32,185 bases of DNA, taken from assembly GCA_030704615.1 (NCBI GenBank), contig JAKLZA010000317.1, positions 1-32,185 on the forward strand, written 5' to 3'. A program made the translations under genes and the position numbers. Source of the DNA: Takakia lepidozioides. Its lineage: Eukaryota; Plantae; Bryophyta. Positions 24,607 to 32,185 of the stretch are shown here, in pieces. The notes beneath the pieces were generated by a model. The model did no database searches. It worked only from the letters and a program-made list of their open reading frames with translations, and was not told the origin of the DNA. Position 1 is the first letter of the stretch. Every line of letters begins with the position of its first letter.

Positions 24607-25247
24607 TATTAAGAGAGTAAATTAGATATAAAAATAAGGTTGTAAAAAAACTGAATTAAGGTTCAAGTTGTATTATAACAGAAAATAATATTAATGGAGG
24701 TTGGCCAGATTAGATAGATTTTGAAAATCTTATAAGAACACAAACAAGCAATGTACAAGGCAATGAAACGTCGAATAAAGAGTTGCTAAACAATAATAAT
24801 AGTACATTAATATTTTGATGAATTAAATTTCATAGATATTGTAGTAGATAAATCTGAATTGAAAAATTAAGTGAGAGACTGGCTGATTAACTGAGGAACT
24901 GGCTGAAAATGTAGCTGTAAACAAAAAGGCTGAAGTTTGTAAAATTGAATGGCACAATACAAAGTAAATATTGCAACCATAAACCACACACAACTCACAA
25001 AAATGGATTAATAAAATCCAATCATGTTGTGTGGGCTCTATTGTCATGGTAAGAACTACTTTGACGAAGTAGAGATGCTCAGGAAAATGCTTCACATATG
25101 AAGCAGCACCATGAAACCAAATAGCCTATAGATGTAGGAAGTCCAAGTTAATCCGAGGAAATCCGAGCATACACTAAACTATTGTAAAGGTTGATACACC
25201 TGAAAGCAGCCCTCTAGTCTAGCATGCTCTTGAATGCAGCAAAAGAA

Positions 25248-26584
25248 CTATGCTGCATGTTCTTCAAATCCAACCAAATCCCCCACAGGGTTCAAAGAAA
25301 ACCGTCCCACATGACGCACGCTAGAGAACGCCTCGATGATGGAAAGTCTGTCTGTTCTATGAGCATTTTTCAGATCTTCCTCGATCATGCCCACTATGGC
25401 CTCCACCCAATCTGAATTGACATACACCTGCACAATCCCATCCACACCCTGAATGCTACCAGCTATGCAAACATGAAGGGCACAGTGACTTGCTGTTTTG
25501 CAAGCATTACAAAAGAACAAGTCGTCATCCTGACGTGCTATGTCCTCGAGGCCACATGTGGCACACACTCGTTTGAAGGGTGGAGTGGAAGGCGAGGTGA
25601 TGTAAAAAATCCCCAAAGGTGTTAGAGATGAGAAGATAATGCAATTGCAAAACAAATAGAAAGAGGAGAAACCTTGAAAATAAAAATAAATCATTACCTA
25701 TGTAGCTATGCCATGTCCTCCATGGGCTGTTTGGGCATTATGCACTCGCTGCAAAGCGGCACATGTGTCATCATGCAAAACATGAGCGAAAATGGTACAA
25801 GGGAGTGTGACCAGCCGCATGTCACCGCTCTGAGTTGCCCCAATGTTTTTGAAAATTGCATATGTAGTAGCACCTCCCCTACGAAACTGCTGGACTAACC
25901 GCTCATATTCTGCATGGAACGCTGGCAGAAAACTGACCTCCATACACTCAAACAATACCATTACTACTCCATAATAAGTTTAAAATAGCATAACAAAGAA
26001 AAGGCGAAAAGCAAACAAATGGTAAGAGACTTACAATCTGAACATCCAGCTGAAAAGGCCCCATCCGCCACTGTCAGCTCGAAACGCTGTTCCACCTGAC
26101 CACGTACTCCTATAACCACCACAGCATTAGTGGCGGTAGCAAACTTCTCATGGAATCGTTTTGAGAAAGCACTGATGGTGTCTTTGCAAAAGAAGTTGAG
26201 TATTGGAGGGCTCTGAAATGGTGCTATGACCTGCACAAGGGTGACGGAGGTAATCTTCAAACAGTACACCAAATCACCTCTCTCGAACTTAAGCTTAGGA
26301 CGCACGGAGAAATTCTCCAAGCGCACATAAGCGCCTTTGCAGAACTTCTCTGAGTGTGTTTGGACCAATGACCCGAACACAGTAACATTGACCGTTGTGA
26401 AACCAAGCCTATCTGTGAGATCACAATGCAAATAGGACCATGTGCTGGGAGACTCCTGAATAGAGGGCTTGTTCACATTGCCATACCTACTCAAATCAAC
26501 CTAGAGCAATGGGAAAAAAAAAGACTTCGCGTGCCGGAGGGCTCCAAGAAAGGTTGACGCCGTAGCTGTGTAGGACTTAGCCAT
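25248..26584 (-). pseudogene. RPA70-like gene copy
   Basis: ORFs 25964-26494, 25698-25961, 25248-25694; upstream in-frame ATG at 26584. Confidence 0.62.
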
Positions 26585-26697
26585 TTCAACTTCTTCTCTA
26601 ATGCGCCCGCTAGATAGCTAAGTTAGGCCAACCACTATCAAGAACTGCAAAGTGGTAGGCTTCTTGATTATTTCTTTGACAACCCGATATTTTAGTT

Positions 26698-27953
26698 ATG
26701 ACTAAACAGAGTGGCAGAACCCATCGTGACTGCTCCCTGTGGGAGTGGCCGAGACATAGAATCGGCGCCATTGTACTTCCAAACAACAGAGCGTGTGCGA
26801 AAGGCGCAGAGGAAGGAGAAGATGCTGATGAGCGCTTCCAGGGGAACAGTTGGAAAACACCTGGTAAACTACAAGCGAACTTAGTTGAGGAGGAAAGGAT
26901 ACGTGACACAGCCCGACAATCGGCCCTCCATCGCTGCCGGATCTAAAAAGAACACATTGAAGCCAGAGCTGTCTACGGAAGATGTGGAAAATGGTGAACG
27001 TGGCGAAGACGGTACTATCAAGCCCGACAGTGAAGCTTGATCAAGCAGTCAAGATAGCAAACAGCCTGTCGGGCCATGGGGAAGGCTTGAGGTTGGGGCA
27101 AATCGAGGATGTAGAGAGTCAAGAACAACTCGCAAGCAAGGTGCAAGAAGAGTTGTTCTTCTTTTATTGTTTCTTTGCGGGAGTATAATACAACTCTTGG
27201 GGAGCGAGGATGCACGCCATGGCAGCAAGAAGCATAGCTCCCAAATGGGAGAAAGAAGGACTGGTAGAGGAGGGATAGTGACTCCTCTCTACCCATGGTG
27301 TACTCAGATCGCTGAAAATGGAGGGGCCTGGCCGAACACACCCGAGCATCACCAAAAGACATCATCTCATGTCAGCAGCCACAGAGTGGAGTGCATCTGG
27401 AGGGAGGCGAAAACGGAGCCAACCACGAGTTCCAAGAAGACACCAAGTCCGATCAGAACCCGAGATCTCTCAATCACATACAGTGGAGGAGCACATGGAC
27501 CACGAGATAAGGCAATACCAAACGGAGCCGGGAGGACCTGTCTCTCAACTCGAGCGGCAGCGGGCGGCATTTTCTGCCTGTCTTTACAAACTTAGCGTTC
27601 GCTCAAGAGAAGCGGGCTGCCCCCTGATCAACCTTTACAACACCACAGATAAGTACAGGGGCATTCCCAACGTTGTGATTCCAAGGGCTATGATGAAGAA
27701 CGTTAGGGAAAATGCTACAACATTTGCTATTCTCACAACAGGTTATGTGTTGAATACTTCTCGTCTTCACCTGTGGGCCAGCACGAAAGCTAAATCGCTA
27801 ACATATGCTCCGCTCAACACTTACAAATTTCTGAAGGAGCAAATATGGCTGCCTATAACCACTAACCATACAGGCGCAATTGTGGCTTGCCTCTTACCAA
27901 ACATGTATTTTGTTTTTGCTATATATATATATATATATATTCACCGCGAATGA
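26698..27953 (+). pseudogene. Degenerate plus-strand ORF of unknown function
   Basis: ORFs 26698-26946, 26982-27188, 27318-27953. Confidence 0.33.
27920..27940. repeat. (TA)n microsatellite, one per unit (also near 2243, 19573, 23754, 32103)
   Basis: Variable-length TA run where the convergent plus-strand and OTU ORFs meet. Confidence 0.9.
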
Positions 27954-28768
27954 GAATAAATTTGAGTAAATGTGAGATTCAAAGTTGCATAATGACAAGA
28001 GAAAATTTGCGCTATGTCTTTTAGAGTGGACGACGGAAACTCGACCATCAAATTGAACATGTGTTCATCATGAGTTGGTAGCCATTGAAAACGACGTGTT
28101 TTCGGGGTTACATTGGTGTTGTTCATAATATCATTTTGTTGTCGACCCCTTTTTTTAGTGACATATTGTGATATCAAAGAAGGTTGTACCGATATTGCAA
28201 ATCCCGAAATTGAAAGCGATTGAGAATTTGAAATCGAGGTCAACGGCATAACATTTGAAGTGCAATGAGTTCTTTTCAAAATAATAGGTTCAAAGTGCCC
28301 ACTCTTCGTAGCGTGTCTATCGTCATAAAGTAGTTGGAGAGGGGTATGCGCAACAAATTGATCACCCACAGAAAATATTATTCTTTTATTTACTCGAGAC
28401 CATAACCGAATGGGTCTTTGTAAATAATTTGCTAAACAAAAAATGGCACGATTATCACCTTCTAAACCTCCACAAACAACATTTTTGGACATTTGTTGAA
28501 CAAATTCATCAATTGTGCGAACACCATGTAACTCATAGAGGGCGTCCAAAGAAAAGTGGATTTGAATCATTTCGGCCACCTCATCAGTGGGCAATTGTAA
28601 AGTTTGCATAAAATGTTTCAAGGTTTGACGACGGAGATCTGTAGATGATATTTCAAAATGCAGCAAATAAGCAACTGAATCAAATAAACAGTCTTCAACA
28701 ACATAATGGTAATCGTGTACACGATGCAAATTCTGATATTGTAATATTAAGTCTATCTATGTATCCAT
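27941..28768 (-). CDS. OTU-like cysteine protease/deubiquitinase domain ORF (open for 262 aa; TAG at codon 4 after the ATG at 28768)
   Basis: EDCLFDSVAYLL..STDLRRQT..FVQQMSK..GGLEGDNRAIFCLANYLQRPIRLW..LQLLY..GHFEPI follows the OTU Cys-box/His-box layout. Confidence 0.7.
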
Positions 28769-29432
28769 TATTAAGAGAGTAAATTAGATATAAAAATAAG
28801 GTTGTAAAAAACTGAATTAAGGTTCAAGTTGTATTATAACAGAAAATAATATTAATGGAGGTTGGCCAGATTAGATAGATTTTGAAAATCTTATAAGAAC
28901 ACAAACAAGCAATGTACAAGGCAATGAAACGTCGAATAAAGAGTTGCTAAACAATAATAATAGTACATTATATGTTTTGATGAATTAAATTTCATAGATA
29001 TTGTAGTAGATAAATCTGAATTGAAAAATTAAGTGAGAGACTGGCTGATTAACTGAGGAACTGGCTGAAAATGTAGCTGTAAACAAAAAGGCTGAAGTTT
29101 GTAAAATTGAAAGAACACACAAGAATGGCACAATATTGTCAAAGTACTCATATATTGCAACCATAAACCACACACAACTCACAAAAATGGATTAATAAAA
29201 TCCAATCATGTTGTGTGGGCTCTATTGTCATGGTAAGAACTACTTTGACGAAGTAGAGATGCTCAGGAAAAATGCTTCACATATGAAGCAGCACCATGAA
29301 ACCAAATAGCCTATAGATGTAGGAAGTCCAAGTTAATCCGAGGAAATCCGAGCATACACTAAACTATTGTAAAGGTTGATACACCTGAAAGCAGCCCTCT
29401 AGTCTAGCATGCTCTTGAATGCAGCAAAAGAA

Positions 29433-30766
29433 CTATGCTGCATGTTCTTCAAATCCAACCAAATCCCCCACAGGGTTCAAAGAAAACCGTCCCACATGAC
29501 GCACGCTAGAGAACGCCTCGATGATGGAAAGTCTGTCTGTTCTATGAGCATTTTTCAGATCTTCCTCGATCATGCCCACTATGGCCTCCACCCAATCTGA
29601 ATTGACATACACCTGCACAATCCCATCCACACCCTGAATGCTACCAGCTATGCAAACATGAAGGGCACAGTGACTTGCTGTTTTGCAAGCATTACAAAAG
29701 AACAAGTCGTCATCCTGACGTGCTATGTCCTCGAGGCCACATGTGGCACACACTCGTTTGAAGGGTGGAGTGGAAGGCGAGGTGATGTAAAAAATCCCCA
29801 AAGGTGTTAGAGATGAGAAGATAATGCAATTGCAAAACAAATAGAAAGAGGAGAAACCTTGAAAATAAAAATAAATCATTACCTATGTAGCTATGCCATG
29901 TCCTCCATGGGCTGTTTGGGCATTATGCACTCGCTGCAAAGCGGCACATGTGTCATCATGCAAAACATGAGCGAAAATGGTACAAGGGAGTGTGACCAGC
30001 CGCATGTCACCGCTCTGAGTTGCCCCAATGTTTTTGAAAATTGCATATGTAGCACCTCCCCTACGAAACTGCTGGACTAACCGCTCATATTCTGCATGGA
30101 ACGCTGGCAGAAAACTGACCTCCATACACTCAAACAATACCATTACTACTCCATAATAAGTTTAAAATAGCATAACAAAGAAAAGGCGAAAAGCAAACAA
30201 ATGGTAAGAGACTTACAATCTGAACATCCAGCTGAAAAGGCCCCATCCGCCACTGTCAGCTCGAAACGCTGTTCCACCTGACCACGTACTCCTATAACCA
30301 CCACAGCATTAGTGGCGGTAGCAAACTTCTCATGGAATCGTTTTGAGAAAGCACTGATGGTGTCTTTGCAAAAGAAGTTGAGTATTGGAGGGCTCTGAAA
30401 TGGTGCTATGACCTGCACAAGGGTGACGGAGGTAATCTTCAAACAGTACACCAAATCACCTCTCTCGAACTTAAGCTTAGGACGCACGGAGAAATTCTCC
30501 AAGCGCACATAAGCGCCTTTGCAGAACTTCTCTGAGTGTGTTTGGACCAATGACCCGAACACAGTAACATTGACCGTTGTGAAACCAAGCCTATCTGTGA
30601 GATCACAATGCAAATAGGACCATGTGCTGGGAGACTCCTGAATAGAGGGCTTGTTCACATTGCCATACCTACTCAAATCAACCTAGAGCAATGGGAAAAA
30701 AAAAGACTTCGCGTGCCGGAGGGCTCCAAGAAAGGTTGACGCCGTAGCTGTGTAGGACTTAGCCAT
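29433..30766 (-). pseudogene. RPA70-like gene copy (cleanest)
   Basis: Exon 30766-30217; 71-nt GTAAGT..TAG intron 30216-30146 keeps frame; exon 30145-29883; GTAATG donor at 29882; last segment ~29798-29433. In-frame TAGs at 30685-30683 and 29885-29883. Confidence 0.65.
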
Positions 30767-30879
30767 TTCAACTTCTTCTCTAATGCGCCCGCTAGATAGC
30801 TAAGTTAGGCCAACCACTATCAAGAACTGCAAAGTGGTAGGCTTCTTGATTATTTCTTTGACAACCCGATATTTTAGTT

Positions 30880-32154
30880 ATGACTAAACAGAGTGGCAGA
30901 ACCCATCGTGACTGCTCCCTGTGGGAGTGGCCGAGACATAGAATCGGCGCCATTGTACTTCCAAACAACAGAGCGTGTGCGAAAGGCGCAGAGGAAGGAG
31001 AAGATGCTGATGAGCGCTTCCAGGGGAACAGTTGGAAAACACCTGGTAAACTACAAGCGAACTTAGTTGAGGAGGAAAGGATACGTGACACAGCCCGACA
31101 ATCGGCCCTCCATCGCTGCCGGATCTAAAAAAGAACACATTGAAGCCAGAGCTGTCTACGGAAGATGTGGAAAATGGTGAACGTGGCGAAGACGGTACTA
31201 TCAAGCCCGACAGTGAAGCTTGATCAAGCAGTCAAGATAGCAAACAGCCTGTCGGGCCATGGGGAAGGCTTGAGGTTGGGGCAAATCGAGGATGTAGAGA
31301 GTCAAGAACAACTCGCAAGCAAGGTGCAAGAAGAGTTGTTCTTCTTTTATTGTTTCTTTGCGGGAGTATAATACAACTCTTGGGGAGCGAGGATGCACGC
31401 CATGGCAGCAAGAAGCATAGCTCCCAAATGGGAGAAAGAAGGACTGGTAGAGGAGGGATAGTGACTCCTCTCTACCCATGGTGTACTCAGATCGCTGAAA
31501 ATGGAGGGGCCTGGCCGAACACACCCGAGCATCACCAAAAGACATCATCTCATGTCAGCAGCCACAGAGTGGAGTGCATCTGGAGGGAGGCGAAAACGGA
31601 GCCAACCACGAGTTCCAAGAAGACACCAAGTCCGATCAGAACCCGAGATCTCTCAATCACATACAGTGGAGGAGCACATGGACCACGAGATAAGGCAATA
31701 CCAAACGGAGCCGGGAGGACCTGTCTCTCAACTCGAGCGGCAGCGGGCGGCATTTTCTGCCTGTCTTTACAAACTTAGCGTTCGCTCAAGAGAAGCGGGC
31801 TGCCCCCTGATCAACCTTTACAACACCACAGATAAGTACAGGGGCATTCCCAACGTTGTGATTCCAAGGGCTATGATGAAGAACGTTAGGGAAAATGCTA
31901 CAACATTTGCTATTCTCACAACAGGTTATGTGTTGAATACTTCTCGTCTTCACCTGTGGGCCAGCACGAAAGCTAAATCGCTAACATATGCTCCGCTCAA
32001 CACTTACAAATTTCTGAAGGAGCAAATATGGCTGCCTATAACCACTAACCATACAGGCGCAATTGTGGCTTGCCTCTTACCAAACATGTATTTTGTTTTT
32101 GCTATATATATATATATATATATATTCACCGCGAATGAGAATAAATTTGAGTAA
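30880..32154 (+). pseudogene. Degenerate plus-strand ORF of unknown function (~425 codons, 5 internal stops)
   Basis: ORFs 30880-31128, 31165-31371 and 31501-32154 lie in one frame. Confidence 0.35.
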
Positions 32155-32185
32155 ATGTGAGATTCAAAGTTGCATAATGACAAGA

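Larger units (their letters stand above)
18625..32185. repeat. Tandem array of ~4.2 kb unit, right arm (rest of unit 2 to 21503; units starting 21504, 25675, 29860)
   Basis: Unit resumes exactly after the TSD (gaagccagag|ctgtctacgg); markers recur at 22528, 26698, 30880 (periods 4170, 4182). Confidence 0.97.

Noticed and set aside
24940-24975. Cluster of small deletions in unit 3
   Set aside because: Non-coding AT-rich region in a single copy; indistinguishable from consensus error.
29883-31463. Stop-codon reassignment or U-to-C editing to explain the shared stops
   Set aside because: The 1255-aa pol frame has no internal TAA/TAG, and TGA stops are involved too. The DNA looks nuclear (spliceosomal-type introns, LTR element), whereas U-to-C editing is organellar.

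Overview
Eukaryotic, plant-like nuclear DNA made entirely of repeats, in two layers. (1) A head-to-tail tandem array of a ~4.17-4.20 kb unit (about 4.5 copies, running off both window ends). Each unit carries a minus-strand, intron-containing RPA70-like ssDNA-binding gene (OB folds plus C4 zinc ribbon), a minus-strand OTU-like cysteine protease ORF, and a plus-strand ~425-codon degenerate frame of unknown identity. RPA-like and OTU domains are known Helitron accessory cargo, but no Rep/helicase is visible, so the unit looks like a non-autonomous, possibly rolling-circle-derived gene macrosatellite. Copies share the same in-frame stops, suggesting amplification after decay. (2) A complete, young 13.1 kb Ty3/Gypsy (Athila-like, non-chromovirus) LTR retrotransposon on the minus strand (5491-18619), inserted into the second unit with a CAGAG target-site duplication. 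It has near-identical LTRs, PBS, PPT and gag-PR-RT-RH-INT. It also has a short extra 5' ORF and a ~1190-codon extra 3' ORF that is in frame with integrase through a minisatellite-encoded linker. Most frameshifts sit in homopolymers and may be sequencing errors. All family assignments are by-eye motif recognition; no searches were run.
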